Shown here: positions 1 through 9,118 of the stretch, in pieces
Numbering within the stretch: position 1 is the first letter of the stretch
Layout: each line of letters begins with the position of its first letter
Source: Spirochaetales bacterium
GTDB lineage: Bacteria; Spirochaetota; Spirochaetia; JABEVK01
Direction of reading: 5' to 3'
Length of the DNA stretch: 64,000 nt
NCBI GenBank assembly: GCA_037142615.1
Contig: JBAXAI010000005.1
Span: 90,120 to 154,119, forward strand
Position numbers and translations under genes: made by a program
The notes under the pieces: model-generated
Seen by the model: only the letters and a program-made list of their open reading frames with translations
The model's database searches: none
What the model was told of the DNA's origin: nothing

Positions 1-600
1 CTTGTGCTTGCTCATGGGGATCTCGGGCCCATCGAGGGTCTTGACCACAAACGGCCGGTCGTCCTTGAGCAGGGTCGGCACCATGGATTCGCTGGGGATC
101 ACGTACAACTGGAACAGCAGTTGCTGGAGCACGATGACGAGGAAAACGGTCTGCGCCACGATATCGACGTTTTCGAGAACCGAAGCGCCGAGGGTCTTTT
201 TGGCCTTTTTGTCGGGCGGGGCGTAGCCGTAGTGACGCTCGGTGGTCTTGAAGCGCAGGCTCAGCCACAGCAGCCAGCCCACAATGCCTTGAACGGAGCT
301 CAGCAGCCACAGCACCTCGCTGTCCCACTCCAGCGACGCGATGTTGACCAAACAGTAGCCTACGACAACGCCGTAGCCCACGAACTTGCGGAAGGCCGGA
401 AACAGGTCGTAACGCTCTTTTTGAAAGAACTCGCGGGCGAACCAGAAGGCACCCAGCCCCAATACCAGGTTGGTCACAAAATTGGTAGCCCAGAACCCAT
501 CGAAGCCGATGAAGAGCCCCACCAGCGGAGCCGGCACGCAGGTGGCGAGCCAAACCCAAGTCAGGATGCGGGCAGCGGTGGAAAGTGGGTGCTTTTGCAT
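1..600 (-). CDS. lepB: Signal peptidase I, 3'-truncated by the window edge, with a long multi-TM N-terminal extension
   Basis: Not in the ORF track. Manual minus-strand translation from ATG at 600 gives MQKHPLST...VIVLQQLLFQLYVIPSESMVPTLLKDDRPFVVK, containing the SPase I catalytic-Ser box (IPSxSMxPT). The + strand ORF 4..606 is its shadow. Confidence 0.9.
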   Translation of the reverse strand, partial: MQKHPLSTAARILTWVWLATCVPAPLVGLFIGFDGFWATNFVTNLVLGLGAFWFAREFFQKERYDLFPAFRKFVGYGVVVGYCLVNIASLEWDSEVLWLLSSVQGIVGWLLWLSLRFKTTERHYGYAPPDKKAKKTLGASVLENVDIVAQTVFLVIVLQQLLFQLYVIPSESMVPTLLKDDRPFVVKTLDGPEIPMSKHK

Positions 601-667
601 GGATAAGGAATATACCACATTTCCTTTTGGCGGGAAAATCCTGTAGGATGGTGCCGAGGAGCCTTCC

Positions 668-2323
668 ATGTCGCTGACCGAGATCATCGTGACCGGACAC
701 AGAAACCCCGATACCGATGCCGCCTGCTCTGCTGTTTGCTACGCCCATTTCAAAAACAAGTCGGACCCCCACAACACGTACAAGGGTGTGGTTTGCGGCG
801 CGCTCAACCCTCAAACCCGCTTCGTTTTCGAAAAAGCCGGTCTCCCGCAGCCCGAACTGCTCAAAGATGTGCATCCGCGCGTCATCGACATTGTGAACAA
901 CGACGGCCTGACCCTCGACGAGCACGAACCCATCTTCGAGGCCATCCGCGAAATCGACGAGAACACCGTGAGCGTCATCCCGGTGTTCGGTTCCGAGCAC
1001 AACTTTTTGGGCATCATTGGCATTCACGAGGTGGCCTCGTACTTCATCAAGACCAACAAGCGCAACAAAAAGCAGAGCTACACCTTCCACACCGGCAACC
1101 TGCCGAAGGTGATGCCCGGCAAGTTCCTCGTTAGGTCCAAAGCCCAGGAGATTCACGCTCCCATCATGATCGGGAGCCAGGACTACGAAAAAACCATTGG
1201 CCGCATGGACTCGATCACCGAAGAAAAGCCTGTCTTGGTGGTCGGCGATCGCAAGCGCATCATCGCCCACGCGGTGCGCAACGACTTCCCGCTCATCGTG
1301 ATCACCAATGTGCACAAGGGTGACGAACTCACGATTGAGGCCGATCTAAAGGACTTCAAGGGAACAATTTACCTGTCAGAGAGCGACACCACCGACACCA
1401 TTCGCCTGCTGTGGCTCAGTGCCCCCGTGAAGCACATCATGAACACCAAGCCCCTGGTGCTTCAGCACGACCAGGAGTTCGACGACGCCAAGAAGACCCT
1501 GCTCGGGAGCGACCTGCGAGGTCTGCCTGTGCTCAAGGATGGGCACTTTGCGGGCATCGTGACGCGCCGCAGTTTCATCGAAAAGCCCCGCCGCAAAATC
1601 ATCATGATCGACCACAACGAGTCGGACCAAAGCATCGCCGGAGCGCACGAGGCCGACGTACGCGAAATCCTCGACCACCACCGGCTGGCCCCCGAAAAAA
1701 CCAACGCTCCTATTTATGTCTTTTCGAAGCCAGTGGGGAGCAGTTGCACCATCGTGTACATGCACTTCAAAATGCACAGCCTCGAGATTGAACGGCCCTA
1801 CGCCATCCTGATGTTGTCGGGCATGATGAGCGACACGCTGTTCCTCCGGTCGCCGACGACCACGCCCGACGACAAGGCGGCCGCCCAGGACCTCGCTCGC
1901 TTGGGCGGGGTTGATCTGGCCGAGTTCGAAAAGGAAATCCTCGGCAAGATGACCACGCTCGAGAACCTCGATCCGCACAAGACGGTGTCGGGCGACTTCA
2001 AGATCTACCAGGATTTCGGCCTTCGCACCGGCATTGCCCAGGTCGAAACGGTGAGCCTCGACGGCGTCGACGCGGTGCTGCACAAGTACCAGGCTGCGCT
2101 GGGCATGGTCAAAAAAGAAAACGGCCTCGACTGGGCGATGTTGTTGGTCACCGATGTGGTGAACGAAGACAGCGTGCTCATCATGACGCCGTTCGAAAAG
2201 GGTGAACACGAACTGGCCTATCACAAGCGTGCCGACTGCCTGTACCACCTGCCCGGCGTGCTGTCGCGCAAGAAGCAACTTCTGCCCGAGATCCTGCGGG
2301 TGATGGAACTGGCAAGGGGCTGA
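668..2323 (+). CDS. ppaC: Family II Mn-dependent inorganic pyrophosphatase with CBS/DRTGG insert (CBS-PPase)
   Basis: GHRNPDTD, IDHNE, LDHH, PVGSSCTI and SRKKQ motifs; central CBS pair; SD GAGGAG upstream. Confidence 0.92.
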   Translation: MSLTEIIVTGHRNPDTDAACSAVCYAHFKNKSDPHNTYKGVVCGALNPQTRFVFEKAGLPQPELLKDVHPRVIDIVNNDGLTLDEHEPIFEAIREIDENTVSVIPVFGSEHNFLGIIGIHEVASYFIKTNKRNKKQSYTFHTGNLPKVMPGKFLVRSKAQEIHAPIMIGSQDYEKTIGRMDSITEEKPVLVVGDRKRIIAHAVRNDFPLIVITNVHKGDELTIEADLKDFKGTIYLSESDTTDTIRLLWLSAPVKHIMNTKPLVLQHDQEFDDAKKTLLGSDLRGLPVLKDGHFAGIVTRRSFIEKPRRKIIMIDHNESDQSIAGAHEADVREILDHHRLAPEKTNAPIYVFSKPVGSSCTIVYMHFKMHSLEIERPYAILMLSGMMSDTLFLRSPTTTPDDKAAAQDLARLGGVDLAEFEKEILGKMTTLENLDPHKTVSGDFKIYQDFGLRTGIAQVETVSLDGVDAVLHKYQAALGMVKKENGLDWAMLLVTDVVNEDSVLIMTPFEKGEHELAYHKRADCLYHLPGVLSRKKQLLPEILRVMELARG

Positions 2324-2325
2324 CC

Positions 2326-2817
2326 ATGGGAATCGAACAGGCCAGGGAACACCTGAGGCGTTTTGGCCGAGACGGCGACATTCTGGAATCGCCACAGTCG
2401 AGTGCAACGGTAGAACTCGCAGCGCAGGCGTTGGGGGTGGAACCAGCCCGGATCGCCAAGTCGTTGACGTTTCTGGTGCCCGAAGGGGCCGTGATGGTGG
2501 TGGCCGCCGGCGATGTTCGGGTCGACAACGCCAAGTTCAAGGCCCAGTTTGGCGTCAAGGCGAGCATGCTGAATCCCGAGCAGGTGGTTCGCTTGGTGGG
2601 CCATGCGATTGGCGGCGTGTGTCCGTTCGGGGTACTCAAGACGACAAAAGTCTACCTCGACGCGTCGCTCAAGCGCTTCGCCACCGTGTTCCCTGCGTGC
2701 GGGAGCCCGAACTCGTCGATCGAACTGACCTGTGACGAGCTCGAGAGGTTCGCAGAACCCGCAGGCTGGGTGGATGTGGGCAAACTGTCAGGCGGTGGTG
2801 TCGACCACAGTGCCTGA
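2326..2817 (+). CDS. YbaK/EbsC family aminoacyl-tRNA deacylase
   Basis: SSATVELAA..LGVEPARIAKSL, GHAIGGVCPFG and PACGS motifs. Confidence 0.9.
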   Translation: MGIEQAREHLRRFGRDGDILESPQSSATVELAAQALGVEPARIAKSLTFLVPEGAVMVVAAGDVRVDNAKFKAQFGVKASMLNPEQVVRLVGHAIGGVCPFGVLKTTKVYLDASLKRFATVFPACGSPNSSIELTCDELERFAEPAGWVDVGKLSGGGVDHSA

Positions 2818-2946
2818 AGTCGGCGGCAACGGTGCGGGATCGCGGTCACGTTCGGTGGCACGGGTCTCGGTCGTTTCGGAATCGCGGGCCGGCGGCGTAG
2901 GGCTGATCACTTCAGCACCGGCAGAACCCAAGGATGAAATGTCCAT
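2788..2946 (-). CDS. Small 52-aa protein with YjfB-like termini
   Basis: MDISSLGS...SGTVVDTTA; strong SD (AGAGGGAGG) before ATG 2946 and its own sigma70-like promoter. Confidence 0.65.
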   Translation of the reverse strand: MDISSLGSAGAEVISPTPPARDSETTETRATERDRDPAPLPPTSGTVVDTTA

Positions 2947-2967
2947 AAGGGCCTCCCTCTTTATTGG

Positions 2968-2996
2968 AGTATACATCTGCTTCCCCGGGTTGTCGA
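2968..2996 (-). promoter_or_regulatory. Sigma70-type promoter of the 52-aa gene
   Basis: TCGACA (2996-2991) - 17 nt - TATACT (2973-2968) on the minus strand, directly upstream of the SD. Confidence 0.65.
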
Positions 2997-3017
2997 ATTT
3001 GGGTTTACAGTGAAACC

Positions 3018-3977
3018 ATGAAACTCCATATGGTTCGCGACCTGTCGCTCCCCCTGCTGCCCCAACCCGAGTTCCGCGGCGAGTTTGTTGCGCTGCAACC
3101 CAAGCTGCACCGCGAAAGTGCCGAGGTGTTCCTCGACGGCTACCGCGATACTGTCGACTACGAGGGCGAAAGCCTCGACGAAACCCGCGCCTACCTGGAA
3201 GCCGTTTTCGACGCCGAGCATGGCCCGATCCTCCCTACCGCTTCGGCAGGGGTTACCGTCGACGGTCGCTTGGCCTCGCTCATTCTGGTCAGTCGTTACC
3301 AGGGCCGTGCCTTCATCAGCCATGTCGTTACAGCCAAAGCCTTTGCGGGAAAAGGCCTGGCCAAAGCTCTCCTTCTGCGGGCCATGGAGGCCGCGCGCGA
3401 ACTGGGCCTGAAAGAGATCGACCTGTACGTCACCGACGGCAACCCGTCGGTGGCTCTGTACGAGCGACTGGGTTTTGTCGAGGTGCCGGGTGGCAGCCTG
3501 ACCGTCGAGCTCAAGTCGTTCCTGACTGCGTTCGAGGCTTCAACGCGGCTGCTGGCGAACTACGTTCAGCAGATTCCCGAAGCCACCCTCGATGTCAGGA
3601 GGTTGCCCGACGCGTGGACGATCCGAGAGCACGTCTACCATGTGGCCAGCCTGCAGCCCATGCTTCTCGGTCGCCTGCAAACCATCGCGGCAAGCCCCAA
3701 GGCGGTGATGACGCCGTACAACCCCGAGTCGGTCGCCGACAGGGACAAACTGTACCCGTCGGTCGAGCAGGCCCTGACCACCTTTGCCGAACTTCGAAGC
3801 CAGCAAGTAGCTTTGGTGAAAGCACTTCCGATGGCGGCGTGGACTCACGAGGCCGAACACCCGGAGTACACCCGCTACAACCTTGGCATGTTGCTGCACC
3901 ACATCCTGTTCCACGAGAACTGGCACCTGTACCGCATACAAGAGCTCTGGCTGGCCAAAGAGGTGGGACCAGCCTGA
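3018..3977 (+). CDS. GNAT acetyltransferase fused to a DinB-like (DinB_2) metal-binding domain
   Basis: N-terminal GNAT (acetyl-CoA loop FAGKGLAKALL; N.....LYERLGF); C-terminal DinB fold (WTIREHVYH...HILFHENWH). Start placed at ATG 3018 rather than 2964. Confidence 0.8.
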   Translation: MKLHMVRDLSLPLLPQPEFRGEFVALQPKLHRESAEVFLDGYRDTVDYEGESLDETRAYLEAVFDAEHGPILPTASAGVTVDGRLASLILVSRYQGRAFISHVVTAKAFAGKGLAKALLLRAMEAARELGLKEIDLYVTDGNPSVALYERLGFVEVPGGSLTVELKSFLTAFEASTRLLANYVQQIPEATLDVRRLPDAWTIREHVYHVASLQPMLLGRLQTIAASPKAVMTPYNPESVADRDKLYPSVEQALTTFAELRSQQVALVKALPMAAWTHEAEHPEYTRYNLGMLLHHILFHENWHLYRIQELWLAKEVGPA

Positions 3978-3984
3978 GTCCGCG

Positions 3985-4992
3985 CTACCACGAGTAGGCG
4001 TTGGGCGCCTCGCCTCCGGGTCCGGGGAAAATGGCGTCGAGCTCCTTGAGCGTGGCGTCGTCGAGCGTGATCTCGGTGGCCCGGATCGACTCTTCGAGCT
4101 GAGCAACCGTTCGGGGACCGATGATGGGGGCCGTCACGACGGGATTCGACAGCAACCAGGCCAGAGCCACGGTGGATGGGGCTTCGCCCAGTTTTTGGCA
4201 GAGCGCCTCGTACTTTTCGAGCTTGGGCCGATGCTTTTCGATGTCCTTTTTCATGTCGTCGCTGAGACGGCGACCCTCGGTGACGCCCTTCAACACGCCG
4301 CCCAAGAGGCCACCACCGAGCGGACTCCACGGAATCAGGCCCAGCCCGTAGTGCCGACAGGCGGGAATGACTTCGAGTTCCAGCATGCGGTTGTTGAGGT
4401 GGTAGATGCTTTGCTCGCTGGCCAAGCCCATTTGACCGCGCCTCGAAGCCTCTTGGCAGGCCGTGGCGATGTCCCAGCCGGCGAAGTTGGAACTGCCGGT
4501 GTAAACGATCTTTCCCTGCGCGCTCAAGTTGCCGAAAGCTTCCCAAAGTTCGTCCCAGGCGCAGTTGCGGTCGATGTGATGCATTTGGTAGAGGTCGATA
4601 TGGTCGGTCTTCATGCGCGCCAAGCTGCCCTCGGCGTGCTTGCGGATTTTGTAGGCCGACAGCGTGCGGCCGTCGGTGTTCACTTCGCGTCGGTTTTCCT
4701 GACGTTCGACGGGGTTGTAGACCTTGGTGGCGAGCACCACCGCGTCGCGGCGACCTCCCCCCTGAGCGAACCACCGGCCCAAAATGAGTTCGGTGTCACC
4801 GTGTTGGCCTGGACCGTTGCCTTTGCCGTACACGTCGGCTGTATCGAAGAAGTTGATCCCGAGCTCGAGCGCCTTGTCCATGATGGCGAAGCTTTCCTTT
4901 TCGTCGGTCTTCCAGCCGAAGTTCATCGTCCCGAGGCAGAGGTTGCTGACCATCACGCCGTGTTTGCCCAAACGTTTGTTCGCTATCGCCAT
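3985..4992 (-). CDS. Aldo/keto reductase
   Basis: LCLGTMNFG, FDTADVYG, LATK, IDLYQMHH, WSPLGGG and PIIGPRT motifs; SD CAGGAG before ATG 4992. Confidence 0.93.
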   Translation of the reverse strand: MAIANKRLGKHGVMVSNLCLGTMNFGWKTDEKESFAIMDKALELGINFFDTADVYGKGNGPGQHGDTELILGRWFAQGGGRRDAVVLATKVYNPVERQENRREVNTDGRTLSAYKIRKHAEGSLARMKTDHIDLYQMHHIDRNCAWDELWEAFGNLSAQGKIVYTGSSNFAGWDIATACQEASRRGQMGLASEQSIYHLNNRMLELEVIPACRHYGLGLIPWSPLGGGLLGGVLKGVTEGRRLSDDMKKDIEKHRPKLEKYEALCQKLGEAPSTVALAWLLSNPVVTAPIIGPRTVAQLEESIRATEITLDDATLKELDAIFPGPGGEAPNAYSW

Positions 4993-5051
4993 TTTGTTCT
5001 CCTGAACCTTCATTGCACACCGGCAGGCGGAATTATGCTAGCTTGTGTGCC

Positions 5052-5771
5052 ATGAAATCTTCTCAAGCCGTTTCGCCTTTGTGGCACGACGTCACCGGTG
5101 CGCTGCGGGCCAACTTCCTTCCTGGCGTCGTGCTGTGGTTGCTGGCCTGCACGGTGGTCGGTTCGTACTTCCTGTGGGACCAAGCCCGACCGTTCTTCGA
5201 CACGCTGGGGGCCTGGAAGTCGGGCGGTGGCTTTTTATACAGCATCGTAGCGACCAGTATTTTCGCGGGGCTGATTCCTTGGGTGGTGCTTCGGTTGCTG
5301 CCGGGAACCCGCTCGCAGGCCACCGCGAGTTCGCTGGTGTTTCTGGTGGTGTTTTGGGCCTACCGTGGGCTCGAGATGGACGCGTTTTACCGCCTGCAAG
5401 GCCTGATGTTCGGCAACGACGGGTCGCTGGGGTCGATCGCCGCCAAGGTGCTGTTTGATCAGTTTGTGTACAACGTGTTTTGGGCCGGTGGGTATCAGTT
5501 GCTGGCCTATCACTGGAAGGACTCGGGCTTCCGTTTGAGTGCCTTTCGTGGCTACGACTGGAAAGGCCTGCTTTCGCATCGGCTCCCGGTGCTGCTGGTC
5601 TCCACCTGGCTGGTGTGGTTTCCTGTGGCGGCGCTGATGTACAGCCTGCCCGCCGACCTACAGATTCCTGTCTTCAATCTGGTGGCGTGCTTTTGGTCGC
5701 TGGTGGTGGCCACGCTCACCAAACCGAAGGCTTCGGCGGCACCAAAGGAGCGGGCTATTCCCAGCGAATAG
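5052..5771 (+). CDS. Mpv17/PMP22-family membrane protein
   Basis: KVLFDQFVY and W.VW.P....Y..P..LQ....NLV..FW patterns match the Mpv17/PMP22 signature; several hydrophobic helices. Confidence 0.7.
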   Translation: MKSSQAVSPLWHDVTGALRANFLPGVVLWLLACTVVGSYFLWDQARPFFDTLGAWKSGGGFLYSIVATSIFAGLIPWVVLRLLPGTRSQATASSLVFLVVFWAYRGLEMDAFYRLQGLMFGNDGSLGSIAAKVLFDQFVYNVFWAGGYQLLAYHWKDSGFRLSAFRGYDWKGLLSHRLPVLLVSTWLVWFPVAALMYSLPADLQIPVFNLVACFWSLVVATLTKPKASAAPKERAIPSE

Positions 5772-6339
5772 CCCGGCATTCCGCGTTCCCCATGGGCGGA
5801 ATCGAGCGGTGCTGACGCGGTGGCAGTCCTGCGGCGCGGGCCAGCAGAATCTGCAGCACGTCGCCATGGCTGACCAAGACGACGTCGGGGCCCTTGCCGG
5901 GGCCGGTGAGTCTGCTGGGGTCAGACCTCAGCCAAGCGAGCAACTGATCGAGCCTCGAGCAAACCTGTTCCACTGTTTCGACGCCCGGGTAGTCGGTTCC
6001 TGCGGCATCGTGGTCCCAAACGGACTGGTACGAAGCGGAGGTCTGTCCCTCGAGGGGCCCGAAGTTGCGCTCGCGAAGCAGGCCTGCCAGTTCCGGTGGT
6101 GTTTCTGGAGCGGGCAACCCTAACCGCGCGGCCAAGGTTTCGGCCGTTTCGCGGGCGCGGCGAAAGTCGCTGGTGACGATCAGGAGACGTGGCGAACTTC
6201 CCCAAGGCAAAGCCGCGTCGCGCACCTGCTGAAAGCCCCGGTCGCTGAGGCCGAAGCCCGGCACCGAAGTAACCGGGTCGCAAGCGATGACTCCCGCCAC
6301 ATTCGCGAGGCTCTCGGCGTGCCGAAACGCGTAGAACAA
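5755..6339 (-). CDS. Histidine phosphatase (phosphoglycerate mutase-like) family
   Basis: RHAES, SDFRRARETA, LRERNFG and VSHGD motifs. Confidence 0.88.
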   Translation of the reverse strand: MFYAFRHAESLANVAGVIACDPVTSVPGFGLSDRGFQQVRDAALPWGSSPRLLIVTSDFRRARETAETLAARLGLPAPETPPELAGLLRERNFGPLEGQTSASYQSVWDHDAAGTDYPGVETVEQVCSRLDQLLAWLRSDPSRLTGPGKGPDVVLVSHGDVLQILLARAAGLPPRQHRSIPPMGNAECRAIRWE

Positions 6340-6340
6340 C

Positions 6341-7507
6341 CTAGAACGCGGCCTCGAGAAGCGCCAGCAAGTCGGCTTTGCTCAGTTCGACCGGGTTGGT
6401 GAGCAGGCTGCCGTCCATCCAAGCGCGCTCGACGACGGCAGGCAACTGGTCACGCGTCACCCCGGCTTGAGCCAACGTCGAGGGCAGGCCCGCGTACTTG
6501 CGCAACGCCACCAAAAAGGCCTCGAGCGAGTCGAGGAAATCGGGCAACTCGGCAGCAGCCAGCTCGGGCGACCACAACCGGGCCAACTCGGCCAGCTCGG
6601 CCTCGATGGCGGGGCGGTTGTGACGCAGCACGGGCAACAGCAGCAACTCCATCGTCAGGCCGTGGGCCAGATGGGCCACCGCGCCCAGTCCATGGCCGAG
6701 GGCATGCACCGCGCCCACCATCGAGTTCGAAAACGACACCCCGGCCAGGTAGGCCGCCAACGCCATCGCGTGGCGGGAATCCTGATCGCCAGGATTCAGG
6801 ATGGCATTTTCCAGGTGATCGCGGACCAACTCGATGGCCGCCAAGGCGTGCACCCGGCTCAAAGGGTTGGCCTGGCGGCAGGTGAGGGCTTCCAGGCTAT
6901 GCGTCAGCGCGTCGATTCCCGTGGCCGCCGTGATCTTGGCCGGCAACGTGGTGGTGCAACGCGGGTCGAGGATGGCCGTCTGCGGCAACATGCGGGGCGT
7001 GACGAGTTCCATTTTGACGTGCTTGTCGTCGTGGGTGACCACCGCCACCGTTGTGCCCTCGCTCCCGGTCCCGGCCGTGGTGGGAACCAGCACAAAAGGC
7101 ACCACCGGCCCGTGGAAGTCATGGAACCCCTCGACCCCGGCAAACTCCTTGGCACCCGAAGAGATGACCAACAGTGCGGCCTTGGCCGTGTCGAGGGTAG
7201 AACCACCGCCGATCGCGAGCAGCCCGTCGCAGCCCTTTTCGCGGTACAGCTCGGCGGCTGCCATCACCCGGCTCATGGGGGCATCGGCCGGCAGGTCGGT
7301 AAACAGCGCTCCAGGAACCACTTCGCCCTGCTCGAGCAGGCGGTCAATCAGGGCAGGCAGGCCCGTGACTGAAAGACCTGGGTCGCGGAGCACCAGCGGC
7401 CGCCGACAGCCGAGAGCTTTCAGTTCGTGGGGCAGGTGGTCGAGCGCGCCCGTACCGGCGAGCAGCCGAGGCGGCGAGGTGAACTCAAAATAGGGGGGCA
7501 GTTTCAT
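6341..7507 (-). CDS. Iron-containing alcohol dehydrogenase
   Basis: GGGSTLDTAK, PTTAGTGSE, DALTHSLE and H.....H motifs; start at MKLPPYFEF (ATG 7507), overlapping the upstream stop. Confidence 0.9.
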   Translation of the reverse strand: MKLPPYFEFTSPPRLLAGTGALDHLPHELKALGCRRPLVLRDPGLSVTGLPALIDRLLEQGEVVPGALFTDLPADAPMSRVMAAAELYREKGCDGLLAIGGGSTLDTAKAALLVISSGAKEFAGVEGFHDFHGPVVPFVLVPTTAGTGSEGTTVAVVTHDDKHVKMELVTPRMLPQTAILDPRCTTTLPAKITAATGIDALTHSLEALTCRQANPLSRVHALAAIELVRDHLENAILNPGDQDSRHAMALAAYLAGVSFSNSMVGAVHALGHGLGAVAHLAHGLTMELLLLPVLRHNRPAIEAELAELARLWSPELAAAELPDFLDSLEAFLVALRKYAGLPSTLAQAGVTRDQLPAVVERAWMDGSLLTNPVELSKADLLALLEAAF

Positions 7508-8004
7508 GCGATACCTTCCTTGCGGGGAAACAACAGTTGGCCGACCGCCCCAGCCCAGGTTCCGGGCAAGGTGAGGTGGCGGGACGGAAGCGGGCCGATG
7601 GGTTTGGTCCACCAGCGGGGGAACAGGTGCGACTCGACGAGGTTCACCGCGCGCACCAGGGGCAACGTGACCATCAGGTCACCGCGCACGATGACCCGGT
7701 TTTCGAGAAAGGCCCTGGTGACACTCTGCCGACCCAGGAGCGCAAGCAAAGCCGAACGGTGGCTCTTGAACACGACCTCGACGAGCCGGGGCCCCAGTGG
7801 TCGGGCCGGAACCGAGGCCCAGCCGTCCGCGTCGTGGGCCAGGCACAACACAGGCCCCCCGTCCCAAGCGCGGATCTGCAGGGCATAACCCACCGGATAC
7901 GCCGTCAACTCGTCTTGCATGCGGGGGTCCTTGCGCCCGAGAACGAGCACACCGGCTCCCAGAAACTTCAAAACAACCGAAGCGGTCAGGCTGGAAATAC
8001 TCAA
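7504..8004 (-). CDS. SCP2 (sterol carrier protein 2)-like lipid-binding domain protein
   Basis: V.FKS...A...L.G......AF..NR..V.GDL pattern typical of SCP2 folds. Probable TTG start overlapping the namA stop; start uncertain. Confidence 0.55.
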   Translation of the reverse strand: MSISSLTASVVLKFLGAGVLVLGRKDPRMQDELTAYPVGYALQIRAWDGGPVLCLAHDADGWASVPARPLGPRLVEVVFKSHRSALLALLGRQSVTRAFLENRVIVRGDLMVTLPLVRAVNLVESHLFPRWWTKPIGPLPSRHLTLPGTWAGAVGQLLFPRKEGIA

Positions 8005-9059
8005 AAGGCCCTCTGATATTGAACGGGTGCCCAATGCTTGGCATCGGGCGCGTGGCGGAGCGGGAAGTAGGGGTCCCGCAACAACTGGCGCCCCATCAGG
8101 ATGGCGTCAGCCTCTCCAGCCGTCAAGATCTTTTCTGCTTGGTCCACCGCAGTGATCAACCCCACCGTTCCTGTGGCCAGACCTGTCTCGCGCCTTATCC
8201 GGGCCGCCAGCGGCACCTGATAACCCGGCCCCACGGGGATTTTTGCCCCGGGAACCAGCCCACCCGACGAAACATCGACAAAGTCGACCCCTTCGGCCTT
8301 TAGCAACTTCAGCAGTTCGATGGTTTCTTCGAGCGTCCAGCCGCCTTCGACCCAGTCGGTGGCCGACACGCGGATCAGCACGGGAAAGGTCGCCGGGACT
8401 TCCTTGCGGATGGCGCGCACCACCTCGAGGACAAACCGGAACCGCTTGTCGCGGGTACCGCCCCAGTCGTCGGTGCGTGTGTTGGTCAACGGCGACAGGA
8501 ATTGGTGCACCAGGTAGCCGTGGGCCCCGTGAAGCTCGACGGTGTCAAAACCCGCCTGAACCGCTCGGCGTGCCGCTGCAGCGAACGAAGCGATCACGGC
8601 CCACAGCCCGGCCTCGTCGAGCGAGCGCGGTGCCGAATACCCTTCGAACGGCTGGTCGGTACACGAAACCGTGGTCCAGCCGCCCTGCTCGGCAACTACC
8701 GAGCCCGAGCCCAGCCAAGGAACATAGGTCGATGCCTTGCGGCCCGCGTGGGCCAATTGGACACCGATTTTGGCACCGGCCGCGTGGACGGCGGCGACCA
8801 GTGGCCCCAACGCGTCGCGCTGGGCATCGTTCCAAAGGCCCAAGTCGGCGGGAGTGATCCGCCCTGCAGGGTCCACGGCTGTCGCTTCGACGAGGGCCAG
8901 GCCGACACCTCCGACAGCTCTTTCGGCGTAATGGCGCAGATGCCAGGGCTGAACCAGCCCGTCAACGGCCGAATACTGGCACATCGGCGACAAAAACAGA
9001 CGGTTGCGAACTTCGAGGCCACGCAAGGTCAACGGAGAATAAAGCGTCGGGTTTTCCAT
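8001..9059 (-). CDS. namA: NADH:flavin oxidoreductase (old yellow enzyme, YqjM/NamA type)
   Basis: SPMCQYSA, QLAHAGRKAS, ELHGAHGYL, N.RTD.WGG and C-terminal QY.RA. Confidence 0.9.
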   Translation of the reverse strand: MENPTLYSPLTLRGLEVRNRLFLSPMCQYSAVDGLVQPWHLRHYAERAVGGVGLALVEATAVDPAGRITPADLGLWNDAQRDALGPLVAAVHAAGAKIGVQLAHAGRKASTYVPWLGSGSVVAEQGGWTTVSCTDQPFEGYSAPRSLDEAGLWAVIASFAAAARRAVQAGFDTVELHGAHGYLVHQFLSPLTNTRTDDWGGTRDKRFRFVLEVVRAIRKEVPATFPVLIRVSATDWVEGGWTLEETIELLKLLKAEGVDFVDVSSGGLVPGAKIPVGPGYQVPLAARIRRETGLATGTVGLITAVDQAEKILTAGEADAILMGRQLLRDPYFPLRHAPDAKHWAPVQYQRAF

Positions 9060-9118
9060 GGATTAAGAGTCCGCCTAAACGCGGAGAATGTCCATTCCCT
9101 TTCTGGGCCCCGTAGACG

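Noticed and set aside
4-606. 200-aa + strand ORF
   Set aside because: Antisense shadow of lepB.
2974-3008. Sigma28 promoter for the 52-aa gene
   Set aside because: TAAA to GCAGATGT spacing is 23 nt, not about 15; the sigma70 match is better.
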